DNA of 64,000 nt from Dehalococcoidia bacterium. Lineage in GTDB: Bacteria > Chloroflexota > Dehalococcoidia > GIF9 > AB-539-J10. The stretch spans positions 63,843 to 127,842 of the forward strand of contig JAUVZB010000001.1 of assembly GCA_030602785.1 (NCBI GenBank). The letters are read 5' to 3'. Below the pieces are notes generated by a model. The model made no database searches and was not told the origin of the DNA. It worked only from the letters and a program-made list of their open reading frames with translations. Positions 8,928 to 18,853 of this stretch are shown here, one piece after another. Numbering within the stretch: position 1 is the first letter of the stretch; every line of letters begins with the position of its first letter. Position numbers and translations under genes: made by a program.

Positions 8928-10087
8928 AGAGAGTCGCGGTACTTGGCAGCACCGGGTCCATAGGAACGAGGACGCTCGAGGTGGCACGCCACCTGGGAGA
9001 CCGCATCCGTGTTGTCGCGCTTGCGGGTGGCAACAACGTTGCTCTTCTGTCAGACCAGATCGATGAGTTGCGCCCGCAACTCTACCATACGCTGCGGCCG
9101 GAGGCCGTACGCGCCGGTGGCGCGAAGCTGACCTCTCTGGAAGACATAGCGAGACATGAAGATGTCGACACCGTAGTTGTCGCAACGTCGGGCAACGCGG
9201 GGCTGAGGCCCACCATTGCCGCGTTACGCAGCGGCAAGACGGTACTCCTGGCCAACAAGGAAGTCCTGGTGATGGCCGGGGCACTCGTCATGGAGGCTGC
9301 GCGGGATTCGGGCGCACTGATGATACCTGTCGACAGCGAACACAGTGCGCTCTGGCAGTGCCTTCGTGGAGAGAAGAACGGAATCGGTCGCCTGCTTCTT
9401 ACTGCTTCAGGGGGGCCGTTCTATCGCTATGCGGCCGACCGACTGGCTGACGTCACGCCGGGAGAAGCACTCGCACATCCTGTCTGGTCCATGGGCAAGA
9501 AAATCACCATTGACTCTGCGACGCTGATGAACAAGGGGCTCGAGGTCATTGAAGCCCACTGGCTTTTCGGGGTGCCATTCGACAACATCGACGTGCTGGT
9601 GCACCCTGATTGCATCGTTCATTCGCTCGTTGAGTTCGTTGACGGGTCAGTCAAGGCACAGCTGGGGCCGCCTGACATGGCGTTGCCAATCCAATACGCG
9701 CTCAGCTACCCCGACCGGGTGCCGGGCCTGGTCACTCCTCTGTCATGGGGTGGCGCGCTCACCTTGACCTTCGAGCCTGTCGACGCGGGTAGGTTTCCGT
9801 GCCTGAGGCTGGCGGAGAAGGCAGGACGGGCCGGATTGACCTATCCCGCTGTGCTCTGCGGCGCTGACGCGGCAGCCGTCGAGCTGTTTCTGCAAGGCGC
9901 GATACGTTTCACGGATATCGCCGCGCTCGTTGAGCAGGCGATGGAAGCCCATCAACCAGAGGTGGACCCGGGACTCGACCAGATTCTCGATGCAGACGAG
10001 TGGGCACGACGGTTTGTCATGGACCGCCAGCGAATCGCTGAGTCCGCGTCAGCGGTAACACCAGAGGACAAGCAGGAAGTCAGATGA
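8912..10087 (+). CDS. dxr: 1-deoxy-D-xylulose 5-phosphate reductoisomerase
   Basis: VAVLGSTGSIG NADPH motif; 391 aa. The start is GTG at 8912 or TTG at 8924 (MKRVAVLG). Confidence 0.9.
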   Translation: MGGRLKRVAVLGSTGSIGTRTLEVARHLGDRIRVVALAGGNNVALLSDQIDELRPQLYHTLRPEAVRAGGAKLTSLEDIARHEDVDTVVVATSGNAGLRPTIAALRSGKTVLLANKEVLVMAGALVMEAARDSGALMIPVDSEHSALWQCLRGEKNGIGRLLLTASGGPFYRYAADRLADVTPGEALAHPVWSMGKKITIDSATLMNKGLEVIEAHWLFGVPFDNIDVLVHPDCIVHSLVEFVDGSVKAQLGPPDMALPIQYALSYPDRVPGLVTPLSWGGALTLTFEPVDAGRFPCLRLAEKAGRAGLTYPAVLCGADAAAVELFLQGAIRFTDIAALVEQAMEAHQPEVDPGLDQILDADEWARRFVMDRQRIAESASAVTPEDKQEVR

Positions 10088-11394
10088 TTCAGACGATACT
10101 ACTTTTCATCGTTTCGCTCCTGATAGTAGTAGTGGTACACGAGTTAGGCCACTTCATCGTGTCTAAGAAAGTCGGCGTCGTCGTAGAGGAGTTCGGCATT
10201 GGTTTCCCGCCGCGGCTGTTCGGCCGTGTCTGGAGAGGAACGATGTACTCCCTCAACGCGCTCCCTGTCGGCGCGTTCGTCAGGAGCAAGAGTGAGGACG
10301 ACGCCACCGCTGAAGGGAGCTTGGCGAGCAAGAAACCGTGGCCCAGATTCGCCGTGTACGCAGCGGGCCCCGCGTTCAACGTCGTGCTCGCGTTTCTTCT
10401 GTTGATGGCCTTCTTCGGACTGCCAAGAACAATGGTCGTAAGTGACGGCATACTGGTCTTCCAGGTACAGGCCGATTCATCCGCCGAGGCAGCCGGGCTG
10501 AGGTCTGGAGACGTCATCGTGGAGGCTGCTGGGGAGTTGCCCGAGACGTGGGGAGAACTGCAGGTCGTACTATCCAAAGTGCCACAGGGGGAGGCGGCCG
10601 AACTTGTCGTGCTGCGGGAGGGTTCCGACCGGATGGGTATCGATGTCTACCCGCGATATGATGAAGAGCTGGGCCGGAGTGTCATCGGGATTACGCTGGG
10701 GCGCAATGTAGTTGCGGCTGTTGATCCCGGCTCGCTTGCGGAGCAAGTCGGAATAGCTGTGGGCGACTCGCTGCTGGCAGTTGGCGGCAAGGCCGTCATC
10801 AACGAAATGTCGCTCAACGATGCTCTCCAGCAAGCTGCGCCAGGGTCGGCCACGGTCTTGACCCTGCTACGCGACGTCGACGCGCGCACGGTTGAGATCA
10901 GCCAGAGCCTCGCGGATTCCGAGTCGCTGGGGCTGCGGCTTCTGTGGGCGCCTAACACGAGGGTCGAGAGCCGGCCGACACCTATCGCGACAGCGGCCAT
11001 CTCGAGTGCCAAGTTCATGATCAGTATGCCGGCGCTTATCGTTTCGTCCATCCCGCTGATGCAGGATGACCCATCACTCGCGTTTGTGGGCCCGATTGGT
11101 GCTGGGCAGCTCACCGTGGAGGCGGTCGAGGCCTTCGGAATCTCGAACCTGCTCTTCATCGGTGGACTCATCAGCGTGGGGATAGCACTGTTCAACCTGT
11201 TCCCGGTACCACCTCTTGATGGTGGAGGCATGCTGTTGGCATTCACGGAGGCCGTACGCGGAGGGCGGCGACTCTCGGCGCGCGCAATACGGGTTGCCTA
11301 TTCCGTCGGGACTGCGCTGCTGATTACGTTAATCGTATTCATCACGACAAGTGACGTACTCAGACTCATCGAGGGCAGAGGATTCGGGCTGTGA
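10084..11394 (+). CDS. rseP: RIP metalloprotease RseP (site-2 protease, M50, with PDZ domain)
   Basis: HELGH zinc motif in TM1, an internal PDZ domain, and the NLFPVPPLDGG LDG motif. Confidence 0.85.
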   Translation: MIQTILLFIVSLLIVVVVHELGHFIVSKKVGVVVEEFGIGFPPRLFGRVWRGTMYSLNALPVGAFVRSKSEDDATAEGSLASKKPWPRFAVYAAGPAFNVVLAFLLLMAFFGLPRTMVVSDGILVFQVQADSSAEAAGLRSGDVIVEAAGELPETWGELQVVLSKVPQGEAAELVVLREGSDRMGIDVYPRYDEELGRSVIGITLGRNVVAAVDPGSLAEQVGIAVGDSLLAVGGKAVINEMSLNDALQQAAPGSATVLTLLRDVDARTVEISQSLADSESLGLRLLWAPNTRVESRPTPIATAAISSAKFMISMPALIVSSIPLMQDDPSLAFVGPIGAGQLTVEAVEAFGISNLLFIGGLISVGIALFNLFPVPPLDGGGMLLAFTEAVRGGRRLSARAIRVAYSVGTALLITLIVFITTSDVLRLIEGRGFGL

Positions 11395-12476
11395 TTACGC
11401 GCAGGTGGTCCACACCCATCATGGTGGGTTCTGTCATGGTGGGTGGCAACGCACCAATCTCGGTCCAGTCCATGACCAAGACGGACACCCGGGATATCGA
11501 GGCGACCGTCGAACAGATAGGCCAGATGGCACGTGCCGGCTGCCAGATAGTACGAGCCGCTGTACCGGACATGGAAGCTGCCGCTGCTCTAGCCGCCATA
11601 AGGGCTCGCACTCCACTGCCGCTCGTCGCAGACATTCACTTCGACTACAGACTGGCAATCGCTGCCATCAATGCGGGGGTAGACGGTCTGCGCTTGAACC
11701 CCGGCAACATCAGTCGCAGAGAGCATCTGGAGAAGGTTGTTTCCAGTGCGCGTGAGAGGCAGGTCCCCATCAGAGTCGGGGTGAATGCGGGAAGCCTGCC
11801 TGCCGACTACAGGGTAGATGAGTCCGTCCCTCAGCGCATGGCTGCTCTGGCCGAAGAGCAGATACGGCTCCTCGAGAGCATGGACTTCGGCCTCATCAAG
11901 GTCTCGTTGAAGGCCTTTGACGTACTGACGACGGTGCAGGCACACGAAATCATTGCCGACCGCATTCCCTACCCTTTCCATCTCGGCATTACCGAGGCAG
12001 GACCGCCAGCCACCGGTACTGTTCGCAGCGCGCTCGGCATCGGGATTCTGCTCCACATGGGCATAGGCGACACGATTCGCGTCTCGCTCAGCGGGAACCC
12101 GCTGCTCGAAGTGGACGCCGGCAGAGAGATACTGAGAGCACTCGATCTGGTGCAGGGAGGCCCATCCATCATCAGCTGCCCGACGTGCGGTCGCGCTATG
12201 CTTGATGTAGTGGAAATCTCCAGCAGGCTGTCGCAACATCTGCGTGGAGTGGATATGGCGCTCAGGGTTGCGGTCATGGGCTGCACGGTCAACGGACCCG
12301 GCGAGTGCAAGGCGGCCGATGTGGGCATTGCAGGCGGTGTCGACAAAGTGGCGCTCTACCGCGGAGGAACCTTCCTGCGCGCAGTCCCAACCGAGCAGGC
12401 GTTTGCCGCTCTGACACAAGAGATAAGCGCGCTGATTGCTGCCGACAGCAGCGAAGAGGCAACAGACAAGAGGTGA
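11391..12476 (+). CDS. ispG: 4-hydroxy-3-methylbut-2-enyl diphosphate synthase
   Basis: SVQSMTKTDTRD, the LRLNPGNI motif, and the C-terminal Fe-S cysteines (ISCPTCGR...GCTVNGPGE). Confidence 0.9.
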   Translation: MITRRWSTPIMVGSVMVGGNAPISVQSMTKTDTRDIEATVEQIGQMARAGCQIVRAAVPDMEAAAALAAIRARTPLPLVADIHFDYRLAIAAINAGVDGLRLNPGNISRREHLEKVVSSARERQVPIRVGVNAGSLPADYRVDESVPQRMAALAEEQIRLLESMDFGLIKVSLKAFDVLTTVQAHEIIADRIPYPFHLGITEAGPPATGTVRSALGIGILLHMGIGDTIRVSLSGNPLLEVDAGREILRALDLVQGGPSIISCPTCGRAMLDVVEISSRLSQHLRGVDMALRVAVMGCTVNGPGECKAADVGIAGGVDKVALYRGGTFLRAVPTEQAFAALTQEISALIAADSSEEATDKR

Positions 12477-12483
12477 CGGCACT

Positions 12484-14232
12484 ATGAGACTCTCCAAGCT
12501 TTTCGGGCGCACCACGCGGGAGACTCCCGCCGATGCGGAAACCACGAGCCATCAGCTCCTTATAAGGGCTGGAATGATAGCCCAGGTAGGCGCAGGCATC
12601 TATTCTTACCTGCCTCTCGGTTGGCGCGTCCTGCGCCACATAGAACAGATAATCAGAGAGGAAATGGACGCAGTCGGAGGCCAGGAGCTGCGAATGCCGA
12701 CGCTCCAGCCGTTCGAGCTGTGGGAGGCGTCCGGCCGCAATCTGTCCTTCGGGCAGTCGCTCTTCACCGTTCTCGACCGCAAACAGCACCGGCTTGCCCT
12801 GGGGCCAACGCACGAAGAAGTCGTCACTGACCTGGCCCGCCGCTGCTTGCAGAGCTACAGGGACCTGCCGTTGATGCCATACCAGATTCAGACCAAGTTC
12901 CGCGACGAGCCACGGCCTCGAGGGGGCCTCCTCAGGGTGCGCGAGTTCATCATGAAGGATATGTATAGCTTTGACGCGGATGAGGATGGTCTTAACACTA
13001 CGTACGAGGCGATGGCCAGGGCCTACGCCGGTGTCTACAGGCGCCTGGGCTTGCCTGCTGTCATGGTAGAGGCGGACAGTGGAGCTATCGGTGGCAAGGC
13101 ATCACATGAATTCATGGTGCTGACATCCACCGGTGAAGATGTCGTGATGCACTGTGCCTCGTGCGGCTACGCGGCAAACATGGAGAAGGCAAGCAGCAAG
13201 AAGGACCTGGTCGGAGAGGTCGTTGCCGCCGGCGAAGGCATGCTGCCCCTGGAAGAGGTGGAGACTCCCGGCAGCACCACGATAGAGGAAGTTGCCACCT
13301 ACCTGAAACTGCCGGAGCACAGCACGCTGAAGGCTGTCTTCTATGTCGCGGATGGCGAATTCGTTATTGCCGTCATACGTGGTGATCTGGATGTGAACGA
13401 GGTGAAGCTGCAACGTGCGCTCAAGTGCACACTGCTGCGACTTGCCGAGAGCGAGGAGATCGAGGCAGCGGGAATAACAGCCGGGTTCGCCTCACCCATC
13501 GGCGTATCGGGCGCGCGCGTGGTGGCAGACGATTCCGTGCCTGAGGCTCGCAACCTCGTCGCCGGCGCCAACAGGACAGGCTACCACTTCCTGAACTCGA
13601 ACTACGGCCGGGACTATGTTGCCTCGGTGGTCGCAGACATCGCGCTCGCACGTGAAGGAGATAGCTGCCCCGCCTGTGGTGCGCCGCTGGGAGCGGACAG
13701 AGGCATCGAAGTCGGTCATATCTTCAAGCTCGGGACCTCTCTCAGCGAGAAGCTGTCGGCTGTGTTCCTAGACGAGAACGGCACTTCCCGGCCGGCTGTG
13801 ATGGGCTGCTACGGTATCGGATTGGGAAGGCTTCTCGCTGCAGTAGTTGAGCACAGCCACGATGAGAAGGGAATCATCTGGCCTATGGCACTCGCGCCGT
13901 ATAAGGTCCACATCTGCGCGTTGAATCCGGACAAGGACGGCGTATCCTCCTGCGGCGAACGTCTCTATCAGGAGCTGCGGGCCGAAGGCATCGAAGTTCT
14001 GTACGACGACAGGACGGCATCCCCCGGAGTCAAGTTCAATGATGCTGACCTGATAGGGATTCCTCTCAGGCTCACTGTCAGTCCGCGCACGCTCGCGTCG
14101 GGCAGCGTCGAGGTGAAGCAGCGAAGTGAGAAGGAGTCTGGTCTCGTACCCGTGGATGAAGCCGTCGCTTCCATCGTGGCGATGGTTCGCGATGCCCTAG
14201 CCGCGCAGGACAGCGCCAACCCCGGCGTGTAG
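12484..14232 (+). CDS. proS: prolyl-tRNA synthetase
   Basis: MRLSKLFGRTTRETPADAETTSHQLLIRAGMI; class II motifs and the C-terminal anticodon-binding region are present. Start ATG at 12484. Confidence 0.9.
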   Translation: MRLSKLFGRTTRETPADAETTSHQLLIRAGMIAQVGAGIYSYLPLGWRVLRHIEQIIREEMDAVGGQELRMPTLQPFELWEASGRNLSFGQSLFTVLDRKQHRLALGPTHEEVVTDLARRCLQSYRDLPLMPYQIQTKFRDEPRPRGGLLRVREFIMKDMYSFDADEDGLNTTYEAMARAYAGVYRRLGLPAVMVEADSGAIGGKASHEFMVLTSTGEDVVMHCASCGYAANMEKASSKKDLVGEVVAAGEGMLPLEEVETPGSTTIEEVATYLKLPEHSTLKAVFYVADGEFVIAVIRGDLDVNEVKLQRALKCTLLRLAESEEIEAAGITAGFASPIGVSGARVVADDSVPEARNLVAGANRTGYHFLNSNYGRDYVASVVADIALAREGDSCPACGAPLGADRGIEVGHIFKLGTSLSEKLSAVFLDENGTSRPAVMGCYGIGLGRLLAAVVEHSHDEKGIIWPMALAPYKVHICALNPDKDGVSSCGERLYQELRAEGIEVLYDDRTASPGVKFNDADLIGIPLRLTVSPRTLASGSVEVKQRSEKESGLVPVDEAVASIVAMVRDALAAQDSANPGV

Positions 14233-16599
14233 CTTCAAGAGGATCTGCTTCTGAACTTCGTTGACCGCGGAGTCGGTCAGCGTCCTGTCGGACGCCTGAT
14301 AGACGAGTCTGATGGCGAACGACTTCTTGCCCGCGGGAATCTGCTCCCCCGTGTAGACGTCGAAGAGCGATGTCTCTGAGACCAGGGCGAACGCACGTAT
14401 TATGTCCGCTACGCTCTCGTAGCTCACGCTTTCGTCAACGACGATGGCGAGGTCTCTCTCGGAAAACGGGAAACGTGATAGCGGCTCACATATTGCGCGC
14501 AGCCGGGAGTGAGCCATCAGCCGTGCAACGTCCAGTTCGAGCATGAATACGTCGCCGCTCACTTCAAACGACTGTGGCACGGAGGGGTGGAGTTGCCCGA
14601 CTACGCCAATCCTGTCACCATCGACCAGCACGTCGGCTTGCCTGCCGGGGAAAAGCCCCCGGTCAGTCCCGGGGACGTACCGTGCAACGACTCCCGACTT
14701 GGCCAGAATGAACTCGACCAGGCCCTTGGCCTCGTAGAAATCGATTCGCGGCTCACCATGGCGCCATGATAGCGATTCCCCTGAGCCACAGAGAATAGCG
14801 CAGAGTGTCTCGCGCTCCTCCGGCAGGTCATCGCCCCGAGGCTCATACACGCGGCTCAGTTCGAACACACGCACGGGCTCTTGCTCCCGCGGGCGGTTCC
14901 TCGCCACGACGTCAAGAATACTGCCGCGCAGACTTGTGCGCAGAGTCTCTTGCTCCTTTGACATGGGGTTTGCCACTCGCACCGGCTCCGCTGCGAGGGG
15001 ATGCGATGGGGTGAGCTGTTCAAGTTTCTCGCGACTCGTGAGCGAATAGGTCAGCAGTTCCTGGTAACCCGCTCCCACCATCAGCCCGCGAAGGGTCGAC
15101 TTGAACTTCCAAATATCCGCAGGCACTGAAACAGTGCCCGCTGTGAAGCGAGGTATTCCAGCTGGGATCTGATCGTATCCAATGACTCGAACGACTTCCT
15201 CGACTAGGTCGGCCGCACCGGTGACGTCACCGCGCCAGTAGGGCACCGAGAAAGAACTGCCCTGGGCGCCGGCCTGCAGAAAACCGAACCCGAGTGACTC
15301 AAGTATCTCGCGAACCTTCTCTTCACTCACGTCCATGCCGGAGAGGCGGCGTACCTCATTTGAAGGCAGCAAGACTTCTCTTGGCTGTACCGGGTCGGGA
15401 TAGGTGTCGTGAGTGCCTAGCGCGGCAACGCCGCCGCAGAGCTCCACCATCAGCTGTGTGGCGCGGCGCACCGCAATCGCTGCCAGCTCAGGGTGGAGCC
15501 GTTTGTCGAAGCGAATCGAGGCCTCTGTCCGCAGGCCGAGGAAGGTACTTCCGTGCCTGATGGTCGCGTGGTCGAAGTTGGCGGCCTCAATCAGAATCGA
15601 GGAGGTGGAATCGGAAATCTCGGTGTTATAGCCGCCCATGATGCCTGCCACACCGACTGCCCTTTCTCCATCGGCAATCAGCAGCACGCCGCCGTCAAGC
15701 TTTCGCTCAACGTTGTCAAGCGTAGTGAACATCTCCGAAGGAGCGGCGCGGCGCACTATGATCTCGTGGGCCGCGACAGCGTCGTAGTCGAAGGCGTGCA
15801 GCGGCTGGCCGTACTCCAGCATGACGTAGTTGGTGATGTCCACCACGTTGGAAATCGGCCTCATCCCGGATGCCTTAAGACGGGCCTGCATCCACGCCGG
15901 CGAAGTGCCCATCCGGACGCCCCTCACAACAGTCGCGCAGTACCGCGGACACATGGTGGCGTCTTCGACGGAGACGCGTATGAGCGACTCCACGGGCGTG
16001 TCGTCGCTCTCATAGTGCATCGTCGGCACGTTCAGTCGACTGCCCGTAAGGACTGCTACTTCCCTCGCAACCCCAAGCAGAGACATGCAATCGGGACGGT
16101 TTGGCGTCAATTCCAGGTCGAGAATCACGTCGCCACTATAGTCGGCCAGCGAAGCGCCGACGGGCGCGTCCGCAGGGAGGACGAGAATCCCCTCGTGATC
16201 ATCTGAGAGACCCAGTTCCATCTCCGAGCAGACCATTCCCTCGGAGACGACTCCGCGTATCTTCGCAGGCTTGAGAGTTGCCGGCTTTCCACTGTGCCCG
16301 TCCAGGAGCCGTGTGCCCACCTGCGCGAATGCCACTTTCTGCCCAACGGCAACGTTGGGGGCGCCACAGACAACGGTCATCGTTCTGTCGCCCAGGTCAA
16401 CGGTGACCAATCTCAGCCGGTCCGCGTTGGGATGTGGCTCCACAGAAGTGACAAGGCTGACGGTGATTCCTTCCCACGAGTCCCCGACGCGTTCGATGCC
16501 CCCGACTTCGATGCCCGCAAGCGTGAGCCGCTGCGCCAGGCGCTCGGGCGCCCAGTCGATGGTCACGTATTCAGATAGCCATCTAAGAGAAACCTTCAT
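14197..16599 (-). CDS. pheT: phenylalanyl-tRNA synthetase beta subunit
   Basis: MKVSLRWLSEYV N-terminus from the ATG at 16599; about 800 aa with B3/4 and FDX-ACB regions. Its 3' end overlaps the proS 3' end by 36 nt (convergent). Confidence 0.9.
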   Translation of the reverse strand: MKVSLRWLSEYVTIDWAPERLAQRLTLAGIEVGGIERVGDSWEGITVSLVTSVEPHPNADRLRLVTVDLGDRTMTVVCGAPNVAVGQKVAFAQVGTRLLDGHSGKPATLKPAKIRGVVSEGMVCSEMELGLSDDHEGILVLPADAPVGASLADYSGDVILDLELTPNRPDCMSLLGVAREVAVLTGSRLNVPTMHYESDDTPVESLIRVSVEDATMCPRYCATVVRGVRMGTSPAWMQARLKASGMRPISNVVDITNYVMLEYGQPLHAFDYDAVAAHEIIVRRAAPSEMFTTLDNVERKLDGGVLLIADGERAVGVAGIMGGYNTEISDSTSSILIEAANFDHATIRHGSTFLGLRTEASIRFDKRLHPELAAIAVRRATQLMVELCGGVAALGTHDTYPDPVQPREVLLPSNEVRRLSGMDVSEEKVREILESLGFGFLQAGAQGSSFSVPYWRGDVTGAADLVEEVVRVIGYDQIPAGIPRFTAGTVSVPADIWKFKSTLRGLMVGAGYQELLTYSLTSREKLEQLTPSHPLAAEPVRVANPMSKEQETLRTSLRGSILDVVARNRPREQEPVRVFELSRVYEPRGDDLPEERETLCAILCGSGESLSWRHGEPRIDFYEAKGLVEFILAKSGVVARYVPGTDRGLFPGRQADVLVDGDRIGVVGQLHPSVPQSFEVSGDVFMLELDVARLMAHSRLRAICEPLSRFPFSERDLAIVVDESVSYESVADIIRAFALVSETSLFDVYTGEQIPAGKKSFAIRLVYQASDRTLTDSAVNEVQKQILLKLHAGVGAVLRG

Positions 16600-16615
16600 G
16601 GCGCCGCTCCAAGGG

Positions 16616-17650
16616 TCAGAACTGTCTGAGAAACCTGAAATCGTTGGAGTAGAACAGGCGGATATCGTCCACGCCGTGTCGGAGTATGCTGATACGTTCG
16701 ACGCCCATACCGAACGCGAACCCTGAATACACAGTGGGGTCAATCCCGCAGCGCGCGAGAACGTCCGGGTGTACCATTCCGGTCCCCAGAATCTCGAGCC
16801 AGCCCGTTCCACTGCACAGGCGACAACCGGCTCCCTTGCATTTCACACACTCGATTGCCACCTCGCCACCCGGCTCAACGAATGGGAAGTAGTCACAACG
16901 GAACCGGACCTGCGTATCACGGCCAAAGATGTTCTTGCAGAACTCGAACAGCGTCTCCTTGAGGTCACGCAGAGTAATATCCGTGTCGATTGCCAGGCCC
17001 TCCACTTGGTGGAACATCCAGTCGTGTGTCGCGTCAGTGGCCTCGTAGCGGTAGGTCCGACCGGGAACCACGAATCTCAACGGAGGCTTTTGCTGCTCCA
17101 TGAGCCGAATCTGCATGGGCGATGTGTGAGTCCGCAGCAGGCGGGCGTTGCTGTCATCGCGCGAGTCTACCCACAGCGTCGCGAACATGTCCCGCGCCGG
17201 GTGATTCTGGGGGATGTTGAGTGCCTCGAAGTTGTAGTAGTCCCTTTCGACTTCCGGCCCTTCGAGGACCTGGAACCCCATGTCGGCAAACACGGAGCAG
17301 ATCTCAGCGATATCCTGCGTGATAGGGTGCAGTCTGCCGTATGGCAGAGGGCGCCCTGGAAGTGTCACGTCGAGCGAGGAGTTCTCAAGGGATTCATCCA
17401 GACTGCGGAGAGACAGGGATTGCTTCTTCTCGGCAAGTTCCGCATGGAGAGAGGTCTTGATGGCGTTGGCACGGGCACCGACAGTCTTCCGCTTCCCATC
17501 AGCAAGGGAGGCAAGACCACGGAGGATAGAGGTTAGCGCGCTCTTCTTCCCCAGGTATCGCACCCGCCACGACTCAAGCTGCAGCAGGTCATGTGTCTGA
17601 GTGAGTTCCTCCAGCGCGGCGGCTTCAAGTTGGTCAAGCTCCTGCTCCAT
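16616..17650 (-). CDS. pheS: phenylalanyl-tRNA synthetase alpha subunit
   Basis: MEQELDQLEAAALEEL coiled-coil N-terminus; class II core (FRCDYFPFVEPGGEVAIEC). ATG at 17650. Confidence 0.9.
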   Translation of the reverse strand: MEQELDQLEAAALEELTQTHDLLQLESWRVRYLGKKSALTSILRGLASLADGKRKTVGARANAIKTSLHAELAEKKQSLSLRSLDESLENSSLDVTLPGRPLPYGRLHPITQDIAEICSVFADMGFQVLEGPEVERDYYNFEALNIPQNHPARDMFATLWVDSRDDSNARLLRTHTSPMQIRLMEQQKPPLRFVVPGRTYRYEATDATHDWMFHQVEGLAIDTDITLRDLKETLFEFCKNIFGRDTQVRFRCDYFPFVEPGGEVAIECVKCKGAGCRLCSGTGWLEILGTGMVHPDVLARCGIDPTVYSGFAFGMGVERISILRHGVDDIRLFYSNDFRFLRQF

Positions 17651-17669
17651 GCCTCGCTGCCCTCGCGAC

Positions 17670-18029
17670 TTACGACTCCTGGTTGACCCGGGCGGACTGA
17701 ACAACCCTGGCGAACGCCTCAGGATCCCGTACCGCCATGTCCGCCAGCACCTTGCGATTGAGAGCAATGCCGGCACAGCGAAGGCCGTTCATGAACTGGC
17801 TGTACGAAAGGCCGTTGGAGCGCGCAGCCGCGTTGATCCTCGTTATCCACAGCTTTCGGAAGTCGCCCTTCCGTTCGCGCCGATGGCCGTACGCATAATC
17901 GAGTGCGTGCAGCATCGATTCGTGGGCACTGCGATACACATGGTGCCGCGAACCGCGGTGTCCCTTGGTAATCGCGAGAACCTTCTTATGTCGATTGTGA
18001 CTTACCCGTCCATTCCTCGATCGAGGCAA
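17670..18029 (-). CDS. rplT: 50S ribosomal protein L20
   Basis: [26 protein letters not shown]. Confidence 0.95.
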   Translation of the reverse strand: MPRSRNGRVSHNRHKKVLAITKGHRGSRHHVYRSAHESMLHALDYAYGHRRERKGDFRKLWITRINAAARSNGLSYSQFMNGLRCAGIALNRKVLADMAVRDPEAFARVVQSARVNQES

Positions 18030-18086
18030 ATGACCTCCCTCTGGAACTAGTAATGAGCTGCGAACATGGAAGCGCAGGCGTTCGGC

Positions 18087-18284
18087 CTAGGCGTATGGCA
18101 GCAGCCTGGATATGCGCCTGACATCAGCCCCCGCCACGGCGACAAGCCCGTCATACATCCTCTTCGTCCGAGGGGCCTTCCGGCGCCTGAAATGGCTCTT
18201 GCCGCACTTGGCTCGCATCAGCTTGCCGTTGCCTGTCATGTGGAAGCGGCTCTTAGCTCCCTTGTGAGTTTTCAGTTTGGGCAT
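18087..18284 (-). CDS. rpmI: 50S ribosomal protein L35
   Basis: MPKLKTHKGAKSRFHMTGNGKLMR. Confidence 0.9.
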   Translation of the reverse strand: MPKLKTHKGAKSRFHMTGNGKLMRAKCGKSHFRRRKAPRTKRMYDGLVAVAGADVRRISRLLPYA

Positions 18285-18799
18285 CTTGCTTGGCCTCCTG
18301 GGGCTTCTTGCCGGAAAGCGGAGCGAGCGTCAACGCGATGTTTCGGGCGTCTTTCGTAGGCTGGCTGCTGGGTACTGCCTCATCCTTCAGCGCTTCAGCA
18401 ACGCGCTTGAGCACCTGCCAGCCGAGCTCCGGGTAGACTATCTCCCTGCCCCGAAAACGAACCGAAATCTTGACCTTGTTCCCTTCTGCCAGCAACTCCC
18501 GTGTCTTCCTGATCTTGGACAGAAGGTCGTGTTCCTCGATCTTGGGCCTCAACCGAACCTCGCGCAACAAGCCCTTCTGGCCCTTGTGGCCCTTCTTGTC
18601 CTTCTTTATCTGCTCATAGCGGTACTTGCCATAGTCCAGCAGCCTGCACACCGGTGGTTCGGAATTGGGATCCACCATGACCAGGTCCAGGTCGTCCTCA
18701 CGCGCCTTCTGCAGCGCTGCTGCGATAGCCAGAGTTCCTAGCTGCTCGCCTTCGCCGCCGATAACGGAGACCTCTCTGGCCCTTATCTGCCGATTAATC
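18253..18799 (-). CDS. infC: translation initiation factor IF-3, with a probable non-canonical ATT (AUU) start
   Basis: INRQIRAREVSVIGGEGEQLG...VDPNSEPPVCRLLDYGKYRYE. The codon for the I of INRQIR is ATT at 18799, the classic autoregulated infC start. The ORF track extends the frame to 18846. Confidence 0.8.
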
Positions 18800-18853
18800 G
18801 GAAGACGTCTTACCGTGCGTACGTAGTGGTGTGGTCTGCCCCTCATAATTCTG

